Positions 45,980 through 55,774 of a DNA stretch of 64,000 bases are shown in pieces. Where the stretch lies: sequence record MW349129.1. One strand, 5' to 3'. Within the stretch, counting starts at the first letter, position 1, and each line of letters starts with the position of its first letter. The position numbers and the translations under genes are program-made. Under the pieces are notes generated by a model. The model saw nothing but the letters and a program-made list of their open reading frames with translations. It did no database searches and had not been told where the DNA came from.

Positions 45980-46079
45980 ATTAACCTAATACTCTAAATA
46001 ATGAGTATTAGGTTAATATTTTTAGAAATTTGCAATAACGAGAATTTATAATATTTAAAAGTAAAGGATGAAATAGATA

Positions 46080-49000
46080 ATGGCAGAAGTTTTTAATAAA
46101 GATTTAAAAGAGATAGTTCACGATAATATGATGATTTATTTTAATGAAATTAACACTAACCGTCAAATACCGGATATTAGAGATGGTTTAAAACCTATTC
46201 AAAGAAAAATATTATATATTATGTATAAAAATGGTTATAGATCTGATAAGAAATTTGCTAAATCAGCTAGGATTGCTGGTGACACAACTATATTACACCC
46301 ACATAGTAATGATGGTATTTATGATTCTGCAGTTAATATGGTTACACCATTTTCTATGAACCAACCATTAATTGAAGGACATGGTGCATTTGGTTCTATT
46401 ACAGGAGCTTCAGCAGCCGCTTCACGTTATTGTTTAACTGGAGAACATATAGTTGATATGAGTAATGGAGAACTTGTAAGAATTAAAGATATAGTACCTC
46501 ATAGTGAATTAAATAGTGATAATAAAATTGATAAGACTGTCATGGACTTCAGACGTAAACCAGTTAAAGCAATTAAATTCTTTAATTCAGGTAAACATAA
46601 TGTAATGGAATTAAATACTAATGCAGGTAAAACTATTAAAGCCACTCCAAATCATCCTTTATTAACTGTAATCAAGCATCCTACAAAAGGATTAGATTTC
46701 AAATGGAAGACAATGGATGAAATTAAAGAAGGAGATTACTTAATCAACAGAACTATGGTTAAGAATGATCTTAAGGATTTCAGAAGTAAAAATCTTAATG
46801 AAAATGAAAAAGAAAGTTTTAAAAAATGGGGAGAAATTCTTTCTAATAAGTATTTTAATAGAACTTTAGATCCTGAATACGGAGTATTAATGAGAAGTAT
46901 TGAAACTGAAAAGAGTCTTCCTAATAAGGTATTAGAAGCTTGTTTAGGATATAAGAGAGAATTCTTATTAGAGTTATTTAAACAAGATGGATTTATTGTA
47001 GATAATATTGGTTTAGTTATTGAAAGTCATAGTAAAAGATTCTTGCAAGAAATATCTACATTATTGTCTCAATTTGGTATTTATTCTGTAATATCATTGT
47101 TTAGTGATAGTAATTATAGATTGCAAATTCAAGATATTCATTCACTTAAGAATTTATCTAAACACTTAATTAAAGATGATGATTTATTTAAAGATAAAAT
47201 TGATGAAATTATTGATATGTATAGAAATTTAGAAAGTAATAATCATTATCAAGTTATTCCTTATTTAGATGAAGTATTAGATGAAAGAAAAATGACTTCT
47301 TATTTATATCCAGAACTATTCAATACTAGAAAGAATTTCTTAAATAATTTTAATTTACTTGAAGAAGAATACGGTATTGAAATTGAAGAAAAAGATCATT
47401 TAATGTTATTTATCTCTAAATACTTAGACAACAATACTTATTTTGAACAAGTAGAAAGTATTGAAGAATTGGAAGAAGAGGAAGTAGTTTATTCTATTAA
47501 AGTTGATACAGATGATCATTCATTTATGTCTGAAGGATTTATTCATCACAATACAGAAATGAGATTAAATAAATTCTCAGAAAGAAACTTATTAGATAAT
47601 ATCAATGATAATGCAGTTAATATGATTAAAAACTTTGATGGGTCAATGTTAGAACCTTTAGTATTACCTTCTAAATTACCTTATGTGTTAGTTAATGGAT
47701 CATTTGGTATTGGTGGTGGAGGACACAGATCTGATTTACCGCCTCATTCTACTGAAGATGTAATCAATATTACTATTGACAGAATTAAAAATCCTAATAA
47801 GAAATTGAAAACACTTATTAAAGATAATAAATTTAAACCACAATTTCCTTATGGTGGAGAAGCATTTTGTGATGATTTAGAGAAATGTTATCGTACAGGT
47901 AAAGGTTCTATGTTATTAAGATCTGTAGTTGAAAAAGATGAAAGTAAAATGACTCTTACAATTAAAGAAATTCCTTATAACGTTACTCTAACAAGAATTA
48001 AAGAAGCTATTAGAGAAGCACATAAAGAAGAACAATTAGATGGTCTTAAAAATATTAGTGATGGAACTCAAAATGGTGATGTTCGTTTAATCCTTCAATA
48101 TACAAAATCTTCTGACTTAGATTTAGCATTAAATCAATTGTATAAAGTTAAGACAATTACTTCTAGAGTTAACTTTGATGTTAAATTAGTAGATAATAAT
48201 AAACTAGTTGAAACTAACTTATTAGGAATTATTGATAGATGGATTGAGTTTAGACAGTCTACTGTAAAACGTTTTAAATCATTTAAAATTAAAGACTTAA
48301 GAAGTCGTATTCATATTATCGAAGGTCTATTAGTTGTATTAGATTCTAAGAATATCGATGAATTAATAAAAGTAGTTAAATCTGGTAAAGGTAAAGACGA
48401 TATTATCGATGTAGTTAGTAAGAAATTTGGTATATCTCATGCACAAGCTTCTTATGTAGCTGAAATGAAATTATATACAATTAATAATCTTGAAATCAAT
48501 AAATTATTTGATGAGAAGAAAGAAAAAGAAAAGATTGTTAATGAAGAAATGGTATACATGAAAGATGTAAGTAAATTGAATGATCTTATTATTAATGAAA
48601 TGAAAGACATCAAGAAAGACAAAAATACACTTAAACCATCTAGATTAACTAAGTATTCTGATATTGATTTTAAAAATGATAATAAAGAATTACTAGTTAA
48701 AGATGAAGATTTCATGTGTATTATTACTAGACAAAATAAGATTAAGAAAGTTAAAGATGAAATTAGTAAACCTCAAAAGAGAAATGGTAAAGGTATATCA
48801 ATTGGTAAATTATCAGATGGTGATATACCGTTAAACATCTTTAATGCTAATAGTAAAGATAACTTATTCTTAATTACTGATACAGGAAAAATATTCTATG
48901 ATAAAATTTATGAATTCCCTGAAATTAAATCATTGAATAACTTTGGTAAAGATATCAGTAGATTTGTTAAGAATGAAAAGATTATTAAAGCATTTACTTT

Positions 49001-49634
49001 AACTGATGAAGAATTTAAAGATCCAGATACAGCTTTTGTAGTAACGACAGCTTTAAATAAAACTAAAATGGTTATGGTTGAAGAAATTAAAAAATCTGGT
49101 GTAATTCTTATGAAGTTAAATGAAGATGATAAAGTTATCAATGTTCATAACGTACATTCTAAGAAACCATTTAATTTAATAGCTATATCTGAAAAAGGAA
49201 ATGCTATTAGATTCTCAAGTGAATTAATTCCAGTTCAGAATAGAAATACAATTGGTTCTTCTATATTCAGTAATACAACTATTAATAAAGGAAATAAAGT
49301 TGCTTCAACTGTAGTTGACTCTGGACAAGAGAAAATGCTAATAGTTACTCATAAAGGTTTAGCTAAACAAATAATGACTGAAGACATTCCAGTTAAATCT
49401 AGAATGATTAAAGGTGTTATTGCTGCTAAATTTAAAGATGATAAAGATTCTGTAATGTATATTAGTATGATAGATGATGAAGAAGATAATCTATTATTAG
49501 TTACTGAAAACAAAACTATTAATGTACCTTTAAAAGAAATCAATACGTATAAAAGAACGACTTATGGTAATCCAGTAATGAAACTTAATGATAACGAATT
49601 CTGTATAGATTCATCTGTCATTAAACATAATTAA
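46080..49634 (+). CDS. gyrA: DNA gyrase subunit A with intein
   Basis: PDIRDGLKPIQR, KSARIAG, HPH, AAASRY-TE catalytic Tyr; GyrA-box-like QKRNGKG and C-terminal blade repeats. Confidence 0.93.
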   Translation: MAEVFNKDLKEIVHDNMMIYFNEINTNRQIPDIRDGLKPIQRKILYIMYKNGYRSDKKFAKSARIAGDTTILHPHSNDGIYDSAVNMVTPFSMNQPLIEGHGAFGSITGASAAASRYCLTGEHIVDMSNGELVRIKDIVPHSELNSDNKIDKTVMDFRRKPVKAIKFFNSGKHNVMELNTNAGKTIKATPNHPLLTVIKHPTKGLDFKWKTMDEIKEGDYLINRTMVKNDLKDFRSKNLNENEKESFKKWGEILSNKYFNRTLDPEYGVLMRSIETEKSLPNKVLEACLGYKREFLLELFKQDGFIVDNIGLVIESHSKRFLQEISTLLSQFGIYSVISLFSDSNYRLQIQDIHSLKNLSKHLIKDDDLFKDKIDEIIDMYRNLESNNHYQVIPYLDEVLDERKMTSYLYPELFNTRKNFLNNFNLLEEEYGIEIEEKDHLMLFISKYLDNNTYFEQVESIEELEEEEVVYSIKVDTDDHSFMSEGFIHHNTEMRLNKFSERNLLDNINDNAVNMIKNFDGSMLEPLVLPSKLPYVLVNGSFGIGGGGHRSDLPPHSTEDVINITIDRIKNPNKKLKTLIKDNKFKPQFPYGGEAFCDDLEKCYRTGKGSMLLRSVVEKDESKMTLTIKEIPYNVTLTRIKEAIREAHKEEQLDGLKNISDGTQNGDVRLILQYTKSSDLDLALNQLYKVKTITSRVNFDVKLVDNNKLVETNLLGIIDRWIEFRQSTVKRFKSFKIKDLRSRIHIIEGLLVVLDSKNIDELIKVVKSGKGKDDIIDVVSKKFGISHAQASYVAEMKLYTINNLEINKLFDEKKEKEKIVNEEMVYMKDVSKLNDLIINEMKDIKKDKNTLKPSRLTKYSDIDFKNDNKELLVKDEDFMCIITRQNKIKKVKDEISKPQKRNGKGISIGKLSDGDIPLNIFNANSKDNLFLITDTGKIFYDKIYEFPEIKSLNNFGKDISRFVKNEKIIKAFTLTDEEFKDPDTAFVVTTALNKTKMVMVEEIKKSGVILMKLNEDDKVINVHNVHSKKPFNLIAISEKGNAIRFSSELIPVQNRNTIGSSIFSNTTINKGNKVASTVVDSGQEKMLIVTHKGLAKQIMTEDIPVKSRMIKGVIAAKFKDDKDSVMYISMIDDEEDNLLLVTENKTINVPLKEINTYKRTTYGNPVMKLNDNEFCIDSSVIKHN
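46431..47552 (+). mobile_element. Intein (374 aa) inserted right after the GyrA catalytic tyrosine
   Basis: Block A CLTGEH, block B TPNHP, C-terminal HHN followed by +1 Thr; degenerate LAGLIDADG-like FLLELFKQDG. Confidence 0.92.
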
Positions 49635-49642
49635 ATGAGAGG

Positions 49643-49831
49643 ATGTATTATATGGAACCATGTAAATATATTATAAAAATAAGTAATGATTCATATTTTT
49701 GTTATAGTCATGATGAGCCTTCAGAAACAAAAGATAAAAAGAGAGCAACTAGATTTAATGAATTTGAATTGGCTCAAGAAGAAGTAACATTAATGGGAAT
49801 TGGAGAAATTAAAGCAGTTCCTTATAATTAA
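49643..49831 (+). CDS. Small hypothetical protein
   Basis: 62-aa ORF with GAGG RBS. Confidence 0.6.
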   Translation: MYYMEPCKYIIKISNDSYFCYSHDEPSETKDKKRATRFNEFELAQEEVTLMGIGEIKAVPYN

Positions 49832-49901
49832 AAATTAATCGGGAGATGGCATTAGTTTGTCATCTCCCTCATATTATTAATTTTTTGGTAAATTCTATTG
49901 A

Positions 49902-49913
49902 AACAACCAAATA
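49902..49913 (+). promoter_or_regulatory. Putative late promoter AACA-N6-TA
   Basis: AACAaccaaaTA just after terminator GGGAGATGGCA/TGTCATCTCCC and upstream of the RNAP subunit gene. Confidence 0.5.
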
Positions 49914-49930
49914 TTGTTAAATAAAAAGAA

Positions 49931-52292
49931 TTGGATGTGAAACTATTGGAAAAGAAATATGTTAGATGTAATTCATGTAGTTCAGTACAAGAATATAGTG
50001 AAGATATTACATCTTGTTCGGAATGTAGTTCTGAAAATATTTCAGTTATTAAATCTCCTATTGATTTAGTTAATGAAGCTGAAATATTAGTTACAGAATC
50101 TGAAATGGATTTCTTATTAGATTATAATGATTCTCAAGAATACGACAAAAAAGGCAAATCTTGTTGGTTTGATATATACTTAATTAAATATCCTAGAGAT
50201 AATACTCAAATTAAACATATTGTATTGCAGAATCAAAAAGGAAGAGAAGAAGATTTATTAATTGATTATGCTGGAGACTATAAAGGTGGTAATCCTATTG
50301 TAATAAATGATACAGGAAGCATTAAGACTGTATTAAATGATGTTGATAATTTATCTGAAGTTGTTAAAGTTAGATTTTTAAGTAAAGAATCAACTAAGAG
50401 AAAAGGTAAAGAAGATTTTGGTTTAAATTCAGAAGAATACGTATCATTTAATAAAGATAAATATAATTTTTATAATGATGCTAAATTAAGAACTTTAGTT
50501 AAAGTACTAGAATCAATGGGTAACACATTATTCTTAGATAGTAAAAATGATATTGTATGGAATAAAATATTCACTGAACATAATGTGCTTAATTCGCCTT
50601 TATTTAATTATCAAGAAGTAATGAATTACGATGAGACTAATCTTTATAAAGAATATGGAGATTATGAATTTGAAGAAAGACTAGAAGACGTTATATACGA
50701 ATATCAATTAGAAAATGAAATTGGAGTATTTAATTTCTTATATAATAAAAATAAAGATAATAAACCTAAATTCACTGAAGATAGAGAAGAAGTATATGCT
50801 ACAGTAACTCCATCTATGTTGTTATCTGATGATTTTAAATTGTCAGAAGATCACGGTAGAATTAATCCGAATGTATTGTCTTTATTATACTTTAAAATAT
50901 TAGAAAAGAAATTAGGTATTAGATCAATTGAATTAGTAACTTATGTAAATTCTAATAGAGATGATATAATTCTATTCCCTGTTTCTTATAATGGACAAGG
51001 ATATGTATTAGCTGATTTTAAATTAGACAGTCCTATAGTTTTTAAAAGCATGGATGATGTTAATAAATATTGTGCATATCAATTTGGATATGATCAAGAA
51101 AATGAAAATGAGGAAAATGAAAATACATTTAAATTCTCAGTTAAAGAAGTACCTGCTGAATTTAATTTCCAAAAAGCTATTTCAAGTAATATGGAAATAA
51201 TTGAAAGATTCTTTATGAAGTTCAATGAGAATACTTTAAATGAAACTGTATTAGAACCAGAATCAGTTTTAAATGAGGCTGCTGGAGATAATAAAAAGAA
51301 ACGTCAAGAAATACAAAATAAAATATTGGATGTTATTTCTTCATTAGACAAAGATCAATCTAATATGAATAAATATAAGGTATTTTTTGATGAAATGAAC
51401 GATGAGGAATTCATGAGATATATTAAGCGATTTGTTAATAGTAATGAAAACTTCTACATTGAAGTATTACCTAATAAATCTGAAGCTGGATTTAAAGAAG
51501 TTGAAGAAGCTTTAAACAAACTTGATGTACCTATGAATGAATTTGTTTATTATAAACATGATGGAAATAAGGATGATCCTTTAAGAACTAGATATAAAGT
51601 TCCAGTTGGATAGTTTTTGTTCAACTAAAATCATATTAATTGCTGGGAAAGATTATTATCTTAATCAGCATCATTAAAATTAATGTTCAACGACTAAATA
51701 TATGGCTAAGAAGATATAGTCTGATCTATATGAAATTCATATAGACTAACATAAATGATTTACACGTCAAGAGATTACAACAATTATTGAGTTTCTTTAG
51801 CTCAATTAAAATCATATTAATTGCTGGAAAAGATTATTATCTTAATCAGCATCACTAATTATAGTGTTCAACGACTAAATATATGGCTAAGAAGATATAG
51901 TCTAATCTGTATTAAATTAATACAGAATAATAAAAATGAAAAAGAATGCATATAGTCTAGACGCTTCTACAAGATCAATGAAAACTGGTCAATTAACTTC
52001 ATCTGACAAAGTGGCAAGCGTATCAAATATGGAAGCTTCAGCATTAAAAGCTATTGGAGCTCAAGATATCTTAAGAGAATTGATGGGTCCACGTTCAGAC
52101 TCTATGAATGCTAAGCAAGAATTAAATAAAAATATTTCTATGTATGGATATTCTCGATTAGAAGATTTACCAGATGATCTTTCTGATAAAACTACATTAA
52201 ATACTACTTTCTATTATTTACTAGGTGCTGGTATAGAATCCGATTTACTTAAAGATACTAGACCTGACTACGATCAAGAAGAAGAAGAATAA
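49931..52292 (+). CDS. Phage multisubunit RNA polymerase, beta C-terminal fragment, spliced: join(49931..51611,51758..51792,51939..52292), 689 aa
   Basis: Spliced product KVPVG-YLHVKRLQQLLS-KKNAYSLDASTRSMKTGQLTSSDKVASVSNMEASALKAIGAQDILRELMGPRSD aligns by eye with bacterial RpoB VGY.Y..KL.H.V..K..ARS..T.QP..G..R.GEME..AL.A.GA...L.E.L..KSD. Confidence 0.82.
51612..51757 (+). ncRNA. ORF-less group I intron (146 nt) in the RNAP subunit gene, copy A
   Basis: P1: exon AGTTGGAT pairs 8/8 with GTTCAACT, U-G at the splice site; P/Q/R/S elements; ends AAATG. Confidence 0.9.
51793..51938 (+). ncRNA. ORF-less group I intron (146 nt) in the RNAP subunit gene, copy B
   Basis: P1: exon ATTGAGT pairs with GCTCAAT, U-G at the splice site; core nearly identical to copy A; ends AAATG. 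Confidence 0.9.
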
Positions 52293-52372
52293 AACTAAAC
52301 AGAGGTAACGTTCATTAAATTGAGCGTTACCTCTAATATATTGCAAAAGCGTAACATACATATTTTTAATTA

Positions 52373-52390
52373 TATATTATAATAATGAAG
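52373..52390 (+). promoter_or_regulatory. Recurrent promoter-like motif
   Basis: TATATTATAATAATGAAG. Confidence 0.5.
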
Positions 52391-52445
52391 AAAGAGATTA
52401 TCATAAACTCTTTAAATAAAATAAAACAAATAGGGGACGATAAAT

Positions 52446-52757
52446 ATGCGTAAAGAAAAATTAGAAAGATTATATAATGAATACGGTTTTGAAATGATGA
52501 TAGAAAGAAATAAAAATGTTATCAACGACAGTGTTTTATTAGAAAAAGTAAAAAATGATAATGAAGAAACTATGTCTATAGTTGATACTTATGAAAAAAA
52601 TATTAGTTTATCTACTATTCATGAAATTTTAGAATGCTATAAAATTGTAAGAGCATATCCTGGATTATCACTTAAAGAAATTTTAGTATGTTCTTATTAT
52701 GAAGCAAAAAATGAAACTGTTAGTAAAGAATTAGCACCTATTATTGATAGTTTATAA
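52446..52757 (+). CDS. Hypothetical protein
   Basis: 103-aa ORF with AGGGG RBS. Confidence 0.7.
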   Translation: MRKEKLERLYNEYGFEMMIERNKNVINDSVLLEKVKNDNEETMSIVDTYEKNISLSTIHEILECYKIVRAYPGLSLKEILVCSYYEAKNETVSKELAPIIDSL

Positions 52758-52854
52758 ATGTCATAGATATTAGTCTTAATGACTAATATCTATGATCCTT
52801 TATTTTTTTTAATACACTTAAGTTAATCTATACAAGGGTTATGAAATTGAGTAG

Positions 52855-52866
52855 AACATATAAGTA
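52855..52866 (+). promoter_or_regulatory. Putative late promoter AACA-N6-TA
   Basis: AACAtataagTA upstream of the small 2-TM ORF. Confidence 0.45.
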
Positions 52867-52912
52867 TTCTTAAGTTCATATAATCTATATGAATTTGGAA
52901 AGGAGTAACTAT

Positions 52913-53062
52913 ATGATTACTTGGTTAATAGCTATACTAGTAGTTTTATTAATACTAGGTGTTATATTCCGTGGACCATTAGCGGTAATACCACCTATGG
53001 GATGGTCTGGAATTGTAGTTGCAATTTTAGTTGTAGTAATAGTATTTTACTTATTAAGGTAG
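52913..53062 (+). CDS. Small two-TM membrane protein (49 aa), holin-like candidate; missed by the ORF track
   Basis: Manual translation MITWLIAILVVLLILGVIFRGPLAVIPPMGWSGIVVAILVVVIVFYLLR*; AAAGGAG RBS; flanked by hairpin terminators. Confidence 0.7.
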   Translation: MITWLIAILVVLLILGVIFRGPLAVIPPMGWSGIVVAILVVVIVFYLLR

Positions 53063-53129
53063 ATAAAGAGGTAATGACATTAATTTGTCATTACCTCTAA
53101 TCTATCGAAATTAATTCTTTTTTCAAGTA

Positions 53130-53172
53130 TATATTATAAAAATGAGATAATGATTATATTAGTCATTATCTT
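53130..53172 (+). promoter_or_regulatory. Recurrent promoter-like motif plus hairpin
   Basis: TATATTATAAAAATGAGA overlapping AGATAATGA..TCATTATCT. Confidence 0.55.
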
Positions 53173-53199
53173 TTTAATAAAAAACAGGAGGTACAGGAT

Positions 53200-53490
53200 A
53201 TGAAAGAATTAACAAGTTCGGTAGAAAAGGCAGCAGGTACAAGTTGGAGTGCTTTAGTAACACATCAAGTATTTATAGGGTTAGGTTTAGTTTTATTAAG
53301 TTTAATTGTATTTGCTATTTTGTATTATGCATTTAAAAAATTAAATGTTATGAATAACTTATCACCTATCATTGTATTGGTAGTTATTTTAGTTATTGGA
53401 ATTGATTTGGCTTTATTCGGATATGGTTTAATGCATATATTTAACCCAGGATATTATGCATTACAAGAAATTAAAGAAGTCATTAGATAA
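53200..53490 (+). CDS. Membrane protein (2 TM)
   Basis: 96 aa; AGGAGG RBS. Confidence 0.75.
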   Translation: MKELTSSVEKAAGTSWSALVTHQVFIGLGLVLLSLIVFAILYYAFKKLNVMNNLSPIIVLVVILVIGIDLALFGYGLMHIFNPGYYALQEIKEVIR

Positions 53491-53579
53491 ATGATTTCAA
53501 TGTATTAATACAATAATAGATAATAATTAAAAAAGTTATTATCTATTATTATTTTTAAAATTATAGGAGATGAATAGAT

Positions 53580-53867
53580 ATGAGAAAAGAATTAAGTGAT
53601 TATATTAATAAAGAAAAATTGGATGCGTTAAGTATATCTTTACAAGGAGACGATTTTGATTCTTTAGAACCAAAGGCTAAAGAGGAAGTATTTGAAAAGT
53701 ACTTAAAATTAGAAAAATTACATGTAGAATTTAGATATGAAGAATCATTAGGTAAAATTGCAGAAGGTTTAAAAGATATTTCACGTAAAGAAACTAATTC
53801 AGATTCAAGTAATGTAGACAAAGAAGCTATTTTATCAGCTTTAAAGAATTTTGCACGTAAAATTTGA
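53580..53867 (+). CDS. Hypothetical protein
   Basis: 95-aa ORF with AGGAG RBS. Confidence 0.7.
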   Translation: MRKELSDYINKEKLDALSISLQGDDFDSLEPKAKEEVFEKYLKLEKLHVEFRYEESLGKIAEGLKDISRKETNSDSSNVDKEAILSALKNFARKI

Positions 53868-53887
53868 ATGGAGAGTAGGTTTAATTA

Positions 53888-54184
53888 ATGGAAGATAAAA
53901 TAAATCAAATAGAAAATTATGTCGATGTGGATAAGTTAAATGCAATAAGTAATTATCTTTATGGAATTGACTATAATAAAAAAGAGTATAGTGGTGTCCG
54001 TGAACAAGGAGCACTAGTTTTGGGTAGGGTAGAAAGAAAAGAAATTTTAGAATTTTATATGACAATGGATAAAAATGACATTCAACATTATTTAGCTAAG
54101 AAAATAGAAGGAATTGGAAATAAACATTATAACGCTATGAGCGAATTTGGAGATTTAGTAAAAATAATAAAAGGATTTAAATAG
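53888..54184 (+). CDS. Hypothetical protein
   Basis: 98-aa ORF. Confidence 0.7.
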   Translation: MEDKINQIENYVDVDKLNAISNYLYGIDYNKKEYSGVREQGALVLGRVERKEILEFYMTMDKNDIQHYLAKKIEGIGNKHYNAMSEFGDLVKIIKGFK

Positions 54185-54185
54185 G

Positions 54186-54650
54186 AATGAAATAGTAATA
54201 AAAATAAAATAATGAAAAGGATGATTATATTATGAAAAAATTCGGAGAAGTATTTACTAAAGAACAAGCAGCAAAATTATTAATTGAATTAAATAAAGAC
54301 GCATGGTATCCATCAGAGCCTGGTAGTGCGTTTAGTGGACTTCTTGTTGACAAGGAAACAATAACAAGATATGATTTAGATTTTGAAAAGGAATTTCATG
54401 ATATGTTTTATTATGACACAGAATCTAATGCGATGGAAGAAGATGAAGATTATATTACTATCCCTGAGGCTAGTAATGGTGTGATCGACTTTAATGAAGT
54501 ATATGACATCTTGAAAGATCAGGATTTAATAAGTGGATTAATTAATTTAAATTCAGTTATTGGTAAGAGACTTAATGAAATATTTTGGAGAGTACATGGA
54601 TAAGAAAAGACATTTTGATAGAAATGAAATAGTAATAAAAATAAAATAAT
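54186..54650 (+). repeat. 28-bp perfect direct repeat flanking one gene
   Basis: AATGAAATAGTAATAAAAATAAAATAAT at 54186-54213 and 54623-54650. Confidence 0.85.
54232..54603 (+). CDS. Acidic hypothetical protein
   Basis: 123-aa ORF with AAAGGATG RBS. Confidence 0.75.
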   Translation: MKKFGEVFTKEQAAKLLIELNKDAWYPSEPGSAFSGLLVDKETITRYDLDFEKEFHDMFYYDTESNAMEEDEDYITIPEASNGVIDFNEVYDILKDQDLISGLINLNSVIGKRLNEIFWRVHG

Positions 54651-54669
54651 ATTAATATTAGGAGATGAA

Positions 54670-55770
54670 TTGGATATGGAAAATAATAAAAATGAATTAA
54701 TTAGCAGAGAGAACATTTCACCAGAGGTTTTTAAAAAGGTTGATGACATTAATATACTTGATAAGAAAACTATTATTGAGTATGGACATGAAGTGCAAGA
54801 TAAATTATCTAAAGAATCAGACAAAGTATTAAAGAATATTAAAGAGAATGATTCTAATGAAAAGATTAATAAAGTACTAGATGATATGTTAGAAGTATTT
54901 AACTCATATGATCCACAAAAGATTGATGAAAATATTAAACAGGAAGAAAAAGGTTTAATGGATAAAATTAAATCTATATTTAGTAAAGGTAAAGAAAATT
55001 TAATCGGTAAAGAATTATCTAAAGTTGATTCAGCTTCAAATAATATGACTTTCATTGAAAGACAATTAAAAGAAAGTAGTTCTTCAGTTGATAATTCAAA
55101 TAAAAACTTAGATAATTTAATCCAATCTAATAAAGATTATTATGAAAACTTAAGTGAATATATTGAAGCAGCTAAATATAAGAAATTAGAGTTAAAAGAT
55201 GAAATTCAAAAAGACACTGATGAAGTTAGAAATATTGAAGATACTGGTGAAAAACAAAATCAAATTCAATTAGTATCTGACAAAGAACAAGGTTTAGATA
55301 ATCTTGATAAACGTATTTATGACTTAAGTACTTCATTAGCTCTGGCTGAACAAAATGTATTTGAATTAGAAATGATTAAGAATATTAATTATAGTCTTAA
55401 AGAAAATATTAATAACTCTTTAGTAAATAGTATTCCTATCTGGAAGTCTCAATTAACTAAAGCAGTAGTACTAATTCAACAACAACAATCAATTAAAACT
55501 AATAAAGCTATTAGAGAAGCAACTTCTGATATTTTATTAAGTAACTCTAATATCCTTAAAGATAATGCAGTTCAAATGTTTAATGAATCTAATAAATCAT
55601 TTATTGACATTGATGTTCTTAAACAAACTCAAAATAATATGATTGAAATGACAGAAGATTTAAAACGTATGTCTGAAGAAGCTTATAATGAAAGACTACG
55701 TGGTTATGAAGAGCTTAAAGAAATTAAGGAAGATAAAAAAGAATTAGAAAATAAGAAAATAGAAATGTAA
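54670..55770 (+). CDS. telA: Toxic anion resistance protein (TelA family)
   Basis: 366-aa coiled coil; IIEYGHEVQDKL, GLMDKIKSIF, NSIPIWKSQL motifs. Confidence 0.82.
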   Translation: MDMENNKNELISRENISPEVFKKVDDINILDKKTIIEYGHEVQDKLSKESDKVLKNIKENDSNEKINKVLDDMLEVFNSYDPQKIDENIKQEEKGLMDKIKSIFSKGKENLIGKELSKVDSASNNMTFIERQLKESSSSVDNSNKNLDNLIQSNKDYYENLSEYIEAAKYKKLELKDEIQKDTDEVRNIEDTGEKQNQIQLVSDKEQGLDNLDKRIYDLSTSLALAEQNVFELEMIKNINYSLKENINNSLVNSIPIWKSQLTKAVVLIQQQQSIKTNKAIREATSDILLSNSNILKDNAVQMFNESNKSFIDIDVLKQTQNNMIEMTEDLKRMSEEAYNERLRGYEELKEIKEDKKELENKKIEM

Positions 55771-55774
55771 GAAG

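Noticed and set aside
51936-52292. Independent 118-aa gene as in the ORF track
   Set aside because: Its ATG is the last three bases of intron B and there is no RBS; it is exon 3 of the RNAP subunit
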